A stretch of DNA of 63,830 nt, filler included, from Octopus bimaculoides (GCF_001194135.2; 6 parts of 6 records of this genome joined end to end with filler, not necessarily neighbours in it), one strand, 5' to 3'; positions 12,150 to 25,712 are shown, counted from the whole stretch's first letter. Notes: a model not told the origin generated them from the sequence alone. Translations and numbers: made by a program.

Positions 12150-14784
12150 TCAGTAGTCTTTTTAGTGATTTAGTGACTGTACGTTCGTACAAAACTGTAC
12201 TTTTTGGCCAAAACTTTGATGTGCTGTACGTTCAGGCGAATTTGCTGTACGTTTTAGTGATCTTGCCATTGGTTTTTAAAGTTCAGGCTTTGACGCATTG
12301 ATTGATTTTTCACATATGCGTGTTTGTGAGCTTAATAAAAATAAAAGTACGTCCGGTCTGCTTTCGCAAACGCGTCTGCATGCGCGAACACTGACTAATG
12401 AGATGAAGAGCGTCTGTAATTTTGGGTGAACGTATATACGTCCTGTTTACCACGCCATAGCTGTCATAACACAAGAAGTTTTCTCACAGACTGAAGGTAC
12501 GTGATTGTTTCTTTAAGACTTTGTTAAATTAGACTCAATTTTGCAGAGCTTATTTATACAATCCCGCCGTATCAATCTGAACACAAACATAAATTTCTTA
12601 ACCCGGATTTTAAACGGTATGTAATGTGTTTAATAATTTGATTAATTCAAATAAATCTTACAGAACTATAACTGGAGCAAGATATGAGTGACAGAACTTT
12701 GAAAACAGAACATTCCTCAGATAATGAAAGTGAAGCATCAGATAAGTAGAAGGCTAGATGGGCATCGTATGAAAAGAAACTTCCGCAAAAATTGTTGTGC
12801 GATGAAAAATGTTCTAGTTACTTGGAGCGAGGCAAGAACGATACAGCTAAAGGCAAATGCATATTATGCAAGTGTGAAATTGTCGGTAGTCTGAGCGAAA
12901 GGTTACGACATGCGCAGACAGAAAAACACCGCAAGAATGCAAATGAAGCAAATAAAGCAAAAAAGTTGACCAATTATTTCGAGGCCTCATCGTTTTCTTC
13001 ACATTCTAAGAAAGTTGCAGCTGCGGAATTAAAATACTGTGCATTTGTTGCTGAGCATAATCTCCCAATTTCTATTTTGGACCGCTTACCTGGCCTTGTT
13101 TCAAACACCTGTCCTGATTCTAAAATCGCCCAGAATGCAAAGTGTACCCGAATGAAAAGCACATACATCTTTCTTAAAGCCATTGGCCCCTACGGCTTCA
13201 ACTCTTTATTAAAAAAACTTCATTCATCAAAATTCCCACTCGTTGAAATTCAAAAGACAGTCGACAATTTTCTTACACTTATAGAAATACGGGACCGAAG
13301 TGCTACAGGTATATACAACTGTCTTCTATCATTTTTAAACGGACACGCTATTCCTCTGGAAATTTTGATAGGTTTCGCCTGTGGTAATACAAATGTTATG
13401 GTGGGAAGCAATGGAGGCGTTCAGCACTTGTTGAAGCAGAACAGACCATATCTTTTTGTGCAAGCCTGTGTTTGTCATTCTTTACGCCTATGTTCATCAA
13501 ACGCGTGCAATGAATTACCGAATTCTGTCGAAGAATTGACAAGAAGTATTTATGCATAATTTAGTCACAGTCCTAAGCGTATCAATGAATTCATAGATTT
13601 GCAGAAAATAGCTTCAATTGATCCTCACAAAATCATGCATGCAAGTTGCACTAGATGGCTGTCTCTCAAGCAAGTTGTGCAGCGCATTTTAGAGCAGTGG
13701 CCAACACTGCTGACATATTTCACACAAGCAGCATTAGAGGATGGGTGTCCGATTACAGCTCGACGAATTCTCACTGAAATGAAGAAACCTCTTACAAAGA
13801 TGTATTTAGCATTTCTCTCTTTCATTTTAAACGACATTAACAAACTTAATCTGGAATTCGAGGTTGATGGCTACCGGATGTATAAGCTTAAAAGAGCCAT
13901 CAACGCTGGAATGAAGTGAATTTTGAGCAATTTCATCAGACCTGACTTACCTTCTGTCATCAATGTGTGTGTGAGATTAATGTCAACGATGCAACGACAC
14001 ACCAACCATTAGATTGTATCTACTTTGGCACTGTAGCTAAGAGAATTTGATACGGAAATGCTACCACCTGATAAATTGCTACCACCCTGATGAACTGTTG
14101 ACTTTTCGACAGAATATACTGCGTGCGGTTTTTGTCTTGCGATATGCAGAACAATTTGGGATTACTAGAGGCGTTGGACCCAACCAACGTAATTGAAGGA
14201 AGGCCAAGGTCAATTATACCACTTATCATGCGATTCCCAAGTCTTTGTGATGAAAAAGATTTCGAAGAAATTATTCAGGTTCAAGGTTGTTCTTTCATCA
14301 CGTATAACGAGCCAGAAAAATCTTGCTTTGTTGTTTCGCAAGAGAAATATGGTGATGAGTACCGCTGTCCACTGTCGTCAATCTTTTATGCTCAGTCTTC
14401 TTTCTTTACCACAATCCTCTGCATCGTCAGAAAGAATTTTCTCTGTTTTCCACAATATTAAAACTAAAAATCAAAATTGCTCGAAGACTTCTACGCTTAA
14501 TGCTCTTATGAGGTCGAAAATTTTGTTAGGAAATACTGATTGTATTATGTGGGAACCGGATGAACAACCTTGTAAAACATCATTTTTAAAAATTGGTACA
14601 ACAGAGAACCTCCTCACCTCACGCAGATGATTTTTCTTTTTGATGTCCAAACATTAATAAATGTTTTCCAAATCAAAGAAATTTATAAAAAGTTCGTTTT
14701 GACTGTATTTGGGGGCTTCAATAAAATTCTGTACGTTTTTAACAGATTTTGATCAGATTTTGAAAAAAACCTTTGGCGGCGCTG
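12150..14784 (+). mobile_element. hAT DNA transposon, near full length but pseudogenised
   Basis: Transposase from ATG 12684 (stop at 12747-49) through a BED-like C2H2 (CILC...HAQTEKH), AAAELKYCAFVAEHNLP, CVCHSLRLC, TRWLSL and the hATC motif LSLPQSSASSERIFS. Right TIR ...TTGGCGGCGCTG ends at 14784. Left end uncertain. Confidence 0.88.
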
Positions 14785-14947
14785 CAAGTTATTTACATTT
14801 GATGAATTAGTGTTTGAAGAATGTGGTCCACCTTTGGATCTCTAGTGAGCATTTGTAAATTTCGAATGATGGTATTGTATGCCCCATAGTTTCTAGGACT
14901 GTATCAATATATATAGGGTAGTATTTTTAGATGAGGTGTTGGATTTC

Positions 14948-14985
<38 letters not shown>

Positions 14986-15638
14986 GAAGAACGGCAAAAG
15001 AATACACGAACAATTCACACACAAGACATGAACCTGCTCTCCTCTCATCAGTTATCGTCCAAAAATCATAAACATTTCGCACCTTTAAAGATAAGATTAT
15101 TTCTTTTACTGGCGTCGACAGGTCAACAGCAAAAGAAGCTACCGGGAATGTGAGAACAAGCCTAGGGGATGTCGAAGAAAACAAACGACACAAGTAGTTG
15201 GTATCGGCATCACCATTGTCATCGTCGCTGTCATCAACATCATTGTCGTCAACAGTATTCATTTTCATACTCTTCTGTTACTGCCGGCATTGTTGTTGAT
15301 GATGATTTTCAACGTTACTTTGTTAAATTATCAGAAACGTAAGTAACCAATAATGATACAGAATTTTCGCCTGAGGCCATCCTAGGAGTTCTTTTCCACG
15401 CAAGTGCACTGACCAAAACGATACACATGATGGATCGACAATCTTCCGTGAAACTCTAAAGATTCTCTCAAGTCTTGTAAGTAATTCGCTTAAACCAATA
15501 TGACGAATTCTTGCCAAATCCTCGGTTTGGGAGATGAATAATTAATTTGATTGGTTGAAAGGGAGGATACTAAAGTATTTATCCCAAAATTCACATCGTA
15601 CGGCTTTCAGATCATTACTACCAGCCTGCCTGACAAAA

Positions 15639-15674
<36 letters not shown>

Positions 15675-17832
15675 TACATACATACATTATATGATGGCTG
15701 CCCCCTCGTTATCGAGTATGGCCATTGCACGAAGCTTAACTTAACAGTGCTGTGATCGAATGTGACTTTTTAGCCCAGCCAAAGATCTACAATGTCTTGT
15801 ACTGAATTGGCATCCAAAACCTTTACTGGCAATAGCTGGCTGTAGTTGTAATTAGACTCCATGTACCTTTGCGTGTCGTTTAAGTCCTCCTGCTGAATCA
15901 CACTCCCTTCTACATGCCCGATAGACATGATTATATACATACATACATACATACCTATCTAGCTACTTATCTACCCATCTACCTATCTACCCATCTACCT
16001 ACTTACCTACCTACCTATTCACCAACCTACTACCTATCTATTTACCTTTCCCTCCCTCTCTATATATGTGCACTGTGTGTGTGCGTGCGTCGGATGTGCG
16101 GATGTGTGTGTGAATATGTTTGTATATATGTTTATTTATATAATTCCTCTAGCTACCTTCGTGCCATGTCTCATGCTAATCCTGTGCTTTGGCCACAGCA
16201 TTTTTCAGTAGATTCTGCTGCAGCTATCAAAACAAAGCACCAAAAATGCTGGCAGCGAGTCGCCTGTTGAGTGATGTTACTAAAACCCCATCTGCTATCC
16301 GGCAAAAAAAAAAAAAAAATACTTAATAAATATTTCATAATGTACCGACAAATCGACATTAGCTCTGTCTAATTGTCCATAAGTAGTATGAAAGACTTTA
16401 TAGTGTGATTATTTTTCAACCAGACAAATTTCAACATTTTGGACTATTACTTCATGGGGATGGGGATTTCCTCCAAGAAAGATTATGGAATGTCAGTAGA
16501 TTCACTCTTGACTTTCTTATATCAACCGTACTTTGAGGACAGGGTATTGTTTCCTTTGTGATGAGGTCTCAAAAATCTCATAAACGGCTCTTAAAATCAC
16601 TTTTCTGTAAAACCGATGTAACGTATATACTGTCATTTTCTCGGCTTGGTGAATGTATCGGTTGTCCAAAAGACACAACTCGAAGTTTCAACAAACACAG
16701 TTACCTTCTCTTTGATTCGTTTTACTGTGAAAGATTACCTGGTTATGCAATGAAATCATGTTTCTTATAGAATTAGTGGCGGGATAACTATTTTGTTAAA
16801 AAGTTTATGAGTAATATTAACCACACAACCACTTTGCTGTTATTTCATATTTCATTTCTTATACTTCCGATTATATTTTCAGGGTGATATTTTGCATTCT
16901 GATATTCTTTGAAATATAGGAAATATAATACTCTTATCCGCAGACCAAGAGCTGTATTATTTATATCTTCCCATTCTAAAATATTCGTAAAAATGTGTGA
17001 GTACCAAAATATATGCCAATGAATAGAGCCATAAGTAACGTTTCTCNNNNNNNNNNNNNNNNNNNNNNNNNNNNNNNNNNNNNNNNNNNNNNNNNNNNNN
17101 NNNNNNNNNNNNNNNNNNNNNNNNNNNNNNNNNNNNNNNNNNNNNNNNNNNNNNNNNNNNNNNNNNNNNNNNNNNNNNNNNNNNNNNNNNNNNNNNNNNN
17201 NNNNNNNNNNNNNNNNNNNNNNNNNNNNNNNNNNNNNNNNNNNNNNNNNNNNNNNNNNNNNNNNNNNNNNNNNNNNNNNNNNNNNNNNNNNNNNNNNNNN
17301 NNNNNNNNNNNNNNNNNNNNNNNNNNNNNNNNATATATATATATATATACATACATACACACACATACAAAAACATACATATATATACACATACATACAT
17401 ACATACATACATACATTCATATATACATACATATATGTGTGTGTGTGTGTGTTACATGCTTAGATATATACCAATATATATTACACCCACATGTGCATAC
17501 GCATGCATAAACACGTAGGTTCCTACATTCATCCGTACAGATATACACGTCTTAGAATTACGGCATCATTAACATCCTTATCACAAGATATGAAAGTATA
17601 CAAAGTATTACTGCACCATTGCAAATGAAAGCAGGTTCGACGATATTGTAACACACTTCCGTATACATAAGGCAGCCCAGATATTTCGAGACAGCAGATA
17701 TTCCAGCTGAGCTGAAACGGTTTCCCTACTATGCTGGCATATGTTCGAGCTTGGTACTCGCACACTAGCACTTACACACGCACAAAGCCACATTATACAT
17801 AAATACACACACACACACATACACACAGATAA

Positions 17833-17887
<55 letters not shown>

Positions 17888-17948
17888 ATATATATATATA
17901 TATATGTAACATNNNNNNNNNNTATACATATATAGAGTTATGTACACG

Positions 17949-18005
<57 letters not shown>

Positions 18006-18045
18006 GGTCTATCTTCCAGTCTAGCTGTCTGCCAATCTATGTATG

Positions 18046-18079
<34 letters not shown>

Positions 18080-18087
18080 TAATAATG

Positions 18088-18970
18088 ATAAAACGATGGC
18101 AAGAAAAGCCCCTACATGGTAAATACTGGGCTAAACTAAATGCGAAAGAAATAGACAGAGAAAAATCCCAGCAATGGCTGAGAAGCTCAGGACTCAAAGC
18201 AGAGACTGAAGGATTTTTAATTGCTGCACAAGACCAAAGCCTCCCCACCAGAAAATACCAAAAACACATAATGAAAAGAAATATAACAAGTAACTGTAGA
18301 ATATGTGGAGATGGACAAGAAACAATAAATCATATTATCTCTGGCTGCCCAGTCCTGGCTAAGAAGGAATATATTCACAGACACGACAGAGCTGGGACCT
18401 ATATACACTGGAAGCTATGCCNNNNNNNNNNNNNNNNNNNNNNNNNNNNNNNNNNNNNNNNNNNNNNNNNNNNNNNNNNNNNNNNNNNNNNNNNNNNNNN
18501 NNNNNNNNNNNNNNNNNNNNNNNNNNNNNNNNNNNNNNNNNNNNNNNNNNNNNNNNNNNNNNNNNNNNNNNNNNNNNNNNNNNNNNNNNNNNNNNNAAGG
18601 CAAATAGACCAGATATAGTTGTCAAAGATCATGAAGAAAAAAAATGCTTTCTAATTGACGTATCAATACCAGCAGATGACAACGTTTCTCTAAAAGAAAT
18701 GGAAAAACTTTCAAGATACAAAGACATGGAAATAGAGATAACTCGAATGTGGAATCTAAAAACGGAAACAATTCCTATCATAGTAGGAGCCTTAGGTATA
18801 ATAAAAAAATATTCAGACAAATACATAACAAAAATAGCAGGACTTACAAATATATATAACATACAGAAAATTGCACTACTGGGTACTGCACACATTCTAC
18901 GCAAAACACTTTCAATACAGTAAACATAAGAGCACCACAACAAACCACAGCACATACCCAAGGCGTGTGT
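18088..18970 (+). mobile_element. R4/Dong-clade non-LTR retrotransposon 3' part (CCHC + restriction-like endonuclease), 5'-truncated
   Basis: WQEKPLHGKY...LKAETEGFLIAAQDQSL...CRICGDGQETINHIISGC, then RPDIVVKD...LIDVSIP...EKLSRYKD...IIVGALG...ALLGTAHILRK* (stop 18921-23). Assembly gap 18422-18597. Confidence 0.9.
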
Positions 18971-19074
18971 AAACTGGGAATGCATAAAATGAGCTTCTCT
19001 GTCCTAGGTCTACTCGGAGAGAAATGGAAGAAAATTTGAAGAAAGAAGAAAAAAAACATAATAATAATAATCCT

Positions 19075-19180
19075 TTCTATTATAGGCACAAGGCCTGAAA
19101 TTTTGGTGGAGGGGGCCAGTCGATTAGATCTACTCCAGTACACAACTGGTACTTAATTTATCGACCCCGAAAGGATGAAG
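19075..19180 (-). mobile_element. SINE family B 3' part with (ATT)n tail
   Basis: Matches the 3' halves of 47865-48085 and 53930-54180. Confidence 0.75.
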
Positions 19181-19468
19181 AACTCCGACATCTCCGCAGA
19201 CACCTGGAAGGAGACGGCTCTGCGGTGCGATGAATGGTACCAATCACTGAAGCTCGCAATCCCAGCTATGGAAGAGAAACAACAGAAAATACGAAAGAGC
19301 GCATGAGAGGCATCCCCTCGCCGTTGTTTCAAGTAACTTCACCTGCAGCAGATATCATCGCTGCTGCAGATGAAGAGCAGGCCTGGTCGCCCACATTCGA
19401 TCCTGCCAGAGATGAATGCTGGATAAGAACAATCAACGTTGATTTACGACAGACAGCCGAAGAAGACA
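19180..19468 (+). mobile_element. RTE-BovB-like LINE 3' end
   Basis: ISADTWKETALRCDEW...SNFTCSRYHRCCR*RAGLVAHIRSC, the C-terminal Zn-finger-like motif, followed by the 3' UTR acgacagacagccgaagaag. Confidence 0.65.
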
Positions 19469-20309
19469 TACTCCTATAACTGTTTTGTATTTGGTTTGCA
19501 AGCATCTCGATGTGAATTCGTTGAAACAAATTTTGTTGCTTTGGAATAATCATTACACCAATAATAAAAACAATAAAAATAACACACACACACAGGCTCA
19601 ATTTCACTTCCTTATTATTAGTCAATTGGTTAAATACATAACCAACGAACTAAACGATCGTTTGCTTAATACGATGGTTAAATAATCAATCGGTTGTGTG
19701 TTAATCGCTGCATGCGATCTTTTCAGTAACTAAATGACTTCATGCATCCGTATGCATATATATATATAATACATATATAGATAGAAAAATTGGTAGAAGT
19801 GCGTGTGCACGTATATAGCGATGTGTATTTGTACACACCCAAAGCACACACACACACAAACACGCACACACACAAATACACCTCCAATTACACACACATA
19901 CACACACACATACACACACATGCGCATGCAAAGACATATACACACACATACACTCATATCGTCTACGGGATTCGAACACCTTGTGTATATGTCTGGATGT
20001 CTGCGTGTTTATTTGAGTGCGTATGTACATGTGCGTTTGTGTGTCTGTGTGTCTGTGTGCGTATTTCAGTTCCTATCCCTGAAATAAATGTCTCACAGCT
20101 TAAAATGTCTCGCCTCTGTTTCCTTTGTGAATAAGTATCAAGTTCAACACTAAATTTAATACATGCATAGTATATACATACATATATACATATACATATA
20201 TCTATCTATCTATCTATCTATATATATATATACATATATACACATACATACATGTATATGCGTGTGTATACACACACAAACACACACGCACACACACANN
20301 NNNNNNNNC

Positions 20310-20341
<32 letters not shown>

Positions 20342-20897
20342 GCATATACATATATATATATATATATGTATGTATATTCATTTATGAATATATATATATA
20401 TATACACCAGCACAAACGCACATATGCAAACATACCTACCTACATACCTACACAACCATGAATGTATGTATGCATATATGTATATAAATGTACATATATA
20501 CATACATATAATATATATATACACACACACATATGGACATAGGTATAAATGTTTGCCATAATATATATATAAATGTAGGTGTGTGCATGTGAGTGCGTGC
20601 GTGAGTTTGTGTGTTTGTGTGTGTGTTTGTTTGTGTGTTTGTGTGTGTGTTTGTTTGTGTGTGTGATATTCATGAGTAGGGCAATTCAGTTTCGTACAAA
20701 CGAGTAGATGGTAGACGGGTAGAAAGTAGTTTGAACGACAAACAAGCCAAATATAAAAACAAACATTCAGATTTAGAGATAAAATATGAAAATTTGAGAT
20801 TTGAGTAGGGAATGGGGAGTTTGGCTAGACTTTGGCAATGGCAAATAAGCATAAGCATGATTTCGCCGAAGAGTACATATATATGTATATGTATATA

Positions 20898-23090
20898 CTA
20901 GCAGAGGTACTGGGCGTTGCTTGGGGGATGAACACGTTGTCATTTCAAGAACATTTGTTTTCTAGTCCAGCGAGCAGCGGTGCCGAAGCTTCTTTGAAAA
21001 ATTCATGACATCCTACAAAATATTTATGAAATAAATGTCACAACCACAAAAATAGAAAAAAATACGGGTTTGTCTTAGTAAATTTGAAATACATGGGTGT
21101 GTAATGAATTGAAATTGATGAAAATACATATGAAAAGGAAAGAATATTGAAATTTAAAATCTCTAAAACGTAGAATACAGTCAATTTTTCGGTAAAAACA
21201 TACAAAACTGTACAAACTTACCAACTTTGGCAGCTCTGCTAACGAGTCCTCCAGGTGAAGTCCTGCCACCGAGAGTGTTTGCTCCTACGATTTGTTGCTG
21301 GACATCGCAACATTTACACGAACAGAAAATTGTATCCGCCTGAGAGTAAAGGGGATTTCCGCTCCTGACGGAATAAGGGGAATCCTCGGTATGAAGACAT
21401 CATCTCCCTTGCCACATCCCTGTACTTGAACCACAAAAACCTGGGTTCACATGACATGCATGTTTACAATATCACAGCAAACAATGCCCCTGAGAGTTTT
21501 GGGGGAACTTTGATGCAGCAGCCTTTTGCCAGTGTTGCATGACACTGTGCCCTATCTTCTAGCAGCCCATGCTTGAAGCAGGACTCCTGGTATGTTCCAC
21601 GTACCTCACCGTCAAAGGTTTTCTGCTCGTGGAAACAGTCCTCTAACCTCATGCAGTAAAAGACAGAGGTAAAAACATTCCTGTTGACTGGGATGGACCG
21701 TGTAAACGCTCCCAAGGCTGCGATTTTGATGCAGCGGCCTCTGCCTGCGTTACATCCCACTGTACCTCATCTTCTAGTAACCCGTGATTGAAACAGGCTT
21801 CCCGGTATGTTCCACTTACCTAGTCATCAAAGCTTTCCAGATCCTGGAGAAACTCTTGTTGACTAGGATGGAATGCGCAAACTCTCTCAGAACCATTGCC
21901 AGGATGTCCATCAACATCTTGACCAGATTTTCTTCGTACCCACTTAATTTTGAAGTTTACACAAATTGTGAGAATACTGGAGCAAATAGTCTGAAAGACG
22001 CGTGGTGGTAAGTACAGAGAAAGCCTACAGAACCTCTCTGTAGACGATATCTTTTGTTTTACCTTGAGGGCAAATGCGAAAAGATTGCTTTTGGTCCTCA
22101 CTCTGTGGCAGCCAAATTACAATTTCCCGCGTGAGAAACACGACTCCTCCAGGTGAAGTCCTGCCCCTGTGATTTGTTGAACGACATCACAAAACTTACA
22201 CGGACTAAAAATTGCAACTGCTTGAAAATAAAAGGAAATTCTGCTCCCGACGGAATAATGGGGATCCTTGGTATGAAAACGTCCTCTCCCTGTCCACATC
22301 CGGACAGAATGGTCGCCTCAAAAACACGTGGCATCATCTTCTTCACCACAAGTCATGTCCCATTGCACAGTCTGAGAGGATCCAGATTCCTCAGCAGCAT
22401 TATTGAAGTGACCACTTTCAGTCCCAGTCTGCGGGGAGGGAGACCCGGAGATTCCAATGAATTGAGAAATTCTGTGAGATAATGAACTACCTCCTCGGGA
22501 TTTGGTGTTGTATCAACTGACTTCAAGATTTGTGGAGTTCCAGGGAGGCACTGCAGCGGCTGCTCATTGATGTTATTAACAACGTTGTTTTTTGGGAGCA
22601 AGTATTGCTCTTTTACACAGCCAAGTGAAATTTTTGTAATTTTCCTTCAAATTGGGAAACAACAGATTTGAGATCATCAGCAGTACTAACGAGGGTGCAA
22701 ACTGAGCTGAGTAAAATTTCTCTACGTGTATCCAGATGCATCTTTCCTTCGCCAAGGGGTTTCAACAAATTTTGCCAACAGTTGGTCACCGTACAATTGA
22801 GCTCTCATGTTAGTGTTAAGACGCAATGTTGTGATCTGGTGCCATAATGGAGAGGACTTAAGACACGCTCAGACTTCATCCGCCCTGGTTCCTTTGAGAA
22901 TTACTGGAAAAATCTGCCTGAAATCTCCAGTAAAAGAGTGATCCACCATGGGATCCTGACAGTCCCTAATGTCTTTTAGTTTTCAACCTAAAGCTTCAAG
23001 AGCTCTTTGTGTCTCATGGTTCATTCATCCCACACAATGAGCTGACACCTTCTCAGCACTTTTGCGCTGTCTGAACTCTTACTGATCTGG
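20898..23090 (-). mobile_element. Helitron (Rep-linker and PIF1 helicase fragments, mosaic) with canonical 3' terminus
   Basis: Helicase motifs LIVWDE and GDFRQIFPV (~22900-23040), EFLNSL..GLPP..L.LK...IMLLRNLD...LCNGT, FIPRIP...QF.VRVSF.MS.NKSQGQ; linker GTYQESCFKHGLLED. The minus-strand end is a degenerate GC hairpin (20910-20925), then CTAG (20901-20898), then T. Confidence 0.92.
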
Positions 23091-23094
23091 CGAC

Positions 23095-24211
23095 GTTGAG
23101 GATAAAAATACAATTGATTCTAGTGAAGATTACCAAAATGCAGAAGCCACAAGATTTGATGATTTAGACTCTGATATTTCTGATACATTAGTACTGAATT
23201 CTTCTGATTCTGAAGAATGTCTACGACTTTTTAAGCAACAGTAATCGCTGCAACAGCAGTACAAACAATGAATTATTTGAATCTAAATCTCTTGAAGAAA
23301 AATTAAATAATGATAAAGATTCAGATAAATGTTCTATGCCTGGTTGTGTTCGAGATCCAAGAAGCTGTTCTCCTGCTGGACTATGGATTCCCAAAAGAAA
23401 TACAAATATCTGCAAGAATTTAAGGTTTTCATCTGCTAAAACTTCACTGAAAGATATAGAAGAAATATCTAAGAAGGCTAGTGACTCAAAGGAAAACTAA
23501 AAAGTTCATGACAAATACCTTATTTTTACAACGGGTTCTAAAACTTACACACCTCATCAGATTGGTATTAAAAAAATTCATTCTCTTGAAGCTGTACACT
23601 ATGAAAATGTGGAAGAGTTTGAAGATGGTGTAAGGTTGCTCCCAAATGTGGAAGACAATCAACCAAGGTCCCCTCACAAGTTTGACGAAGTCGATCATTT
23701 TATTGGCATGTGTTTGTCACTTGACCATAGATATCTTTATGTAAACAGCCGGCCCTAGCCTAAAAATTGTAGCATTGAAAATCCACTAACATCACCTCCC
23801 ATTGCCCAGGAGATTGATATCCATGTGATAGACTTGGTCCACATGAAGGAAATGGGCACCATGTACAGGTCCCAGAAAGCATACACTCCAAACAATGAGT
23901 GTTTCTTGATTTTCCTTGATGTCTGTGATGAATTTGTTGCAAGTGGTGCTGAGGACAGATTTGGTTATTTATGGGATAGACACTATGGTGTTTGCCTCCA
24001 AAAGTTCCCACACAAAGGTGTAGTGAACTCTGTTGCATTTCATCCTAAAAACCCTGAGATGTTAGTAACTGTTAGTGATGACTACACTGTAAAAATTTGG
24101 CGTTCTAGTCATTTGGAAAAGCTTTGTAAACAGAAAATAGCTCAAAGAGCTAGCAGTAACAAGGACCAAATAACAGCAGAGCTTGAATGTAATCTAACAC
24201 AGACTGAATAG
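23095..24211 (+). pseudogene. FBXW5: FBXW5 (F-box/WD repeat protein 5) 3' coding fragment, intronless, disabled
   Basis: KYLIFTTGSKTYTPHQIGIKKI...IGMCLSLDHRYLYVNSRP*P...PPIAQEIDIHVIDL...AYTPNNECFLIFLDVCDEFVASGAEDRFGYLWDRHYGVCL...VVNSVAFHP...LVTVSDDYTVKIWRS matches the FBXW5 C-terminal WD40 region. In-frame stops at 23498-500 and 23756-58 (expected Trp), a frameshift near 23220 and a short deletion after DEVDH. Confidence 0.9.
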
Positions 24212-24664
24212 TTGAATTCAGAACCACATTGACCCTAGCAGTCAAAGTCATACACACAATGGCAGAAAGACAAACAGAAACAGAAAAGCTTAAGTCATAA
24301 ACAGTTATGATGACATTTATTTATTTTAATCTCAGCCTGGCTTTATTTTTGCTGGTACAATAGTTTGTTTCTAACATTTCCGCTTTGTTTAACCTTAATG
24401 TATCTCAATTGTTAAAGAGCCTACCAATTCAATCAAAATTTTTTTCACATTGCAAAATGGAAATCCAACATATTTTCATGATAACATGTTTAGATAGACA
24501 TCCCATTGATACAGCATGTGTGTGTGTATGTGTGTGTGTATATCTACACATGCACACACATATATAGTCACACAAATACATACATGTGTATATATTTCAT
24601 TTCGATGTATACTCTGATTTCTTTTTGTTTTGTAAATTAACAATGTTGTCAGTGACCAGAAATT

Positions 24665-24733
<69 letters not shown>

Positions 24734-25473
24734 NNNNNNNNNNNNNNNNNNNNNNNNNNNNNNNNNNNNNNNNNNNNNNNNNNNNNNNNNNNNNNNNNNN
24801 NNNNNNNNNNNNNNNNNNNNNNNNNNNNNNNNNNNNNNNNNNNNNNNNNNNNNNNNNNNNNNNNNNNNNNNNNNNNNNNNNNNNNNNNNNNNNNNNNNNN
24901 NNNNNNNNNNNNNNNNNNNNNNNNNNNNNNNNNNNNNNNNNNNNNNNNNNNNNNNNNNNNNNNNNNNNNNNNNNNNNNNNNNNNNNNNNNNNNNNNNNNN
25001 NNNNNNNNNNNNNNNNNNNNNNNNNNNNNNNNNNNNNNNNNNNNNNNNNNNNNNNNNNNNNNNNNNNNNNNNNNNNNNNNNNNNNNNNNNNNNNNNNNNN
25101 NNNNNNNNNNNNNNNNNNNNNNNNNNNNNNNNNNNNNNNNNNNNNNNNNNNNNNNNNNNNNNNNNNNNNNNNTATAGAGAGAGAGAGAATTCTATCTTTG
25201 TTATGGTATAAATATGCTGATATCTGCATCTGTATATATACGGGCACGTAGGCATATATGTGTATATATATGTGTATATATATGTGTATATATATGAGTG
25301 TGCGCGAGCCTATCTTTGTGCGTGTATGTATATGTATCAGTATATGCGTGGACGTATACATTGATGTATGTATCTGTGTATGTGTGTGTATATTGTGTGT
25401 GTGTATGTGTGTGTGTTTATATATATATATATATTTGCATGTCCGGGTATCTCCGTGTCTGTGTATGTATGTA

Positions 25474-25520
<47 letters not shown>

Positions 25521-25667
25521 AATCGAACACAAAATATGTGTGTTAGTACATGGATCGGCTGCGTTTTCGGCCTAAGAGAATAATTTCTCAACGTGCCTCG
25601 TGTTAAAAACACCTGATAGTACGTCTATAGGTGAATGAGACAACTCACATCAGACCCCTTCCCGGCG

Positions 25668-25712
25668 CGACAGACATCGATGTTTCGACATTGTCCTGAC
25701 ACTTCAATGTCG
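25668..25712 (-). ncRNA. Hammerhead-ribozyme-like motif, degenerate core
   Basis: Stem I CGACA/UGUCG, core UUGAAGU, GAC/GUC stem II, GAAAC-AUCGAU-GUC. Confidence 0.45.

Noticed and set aside
12140-12180. Left TIR/TSD of the hAT element
   Set aside because: No match to CAGCGCCGCCAA and no duplication of the right flank (CAAGTTAT) was found.
15323-15517. Short unique-sequence ORF
   Set aside because: No recognisable motif and no consistent splice-site pair with an open frame.
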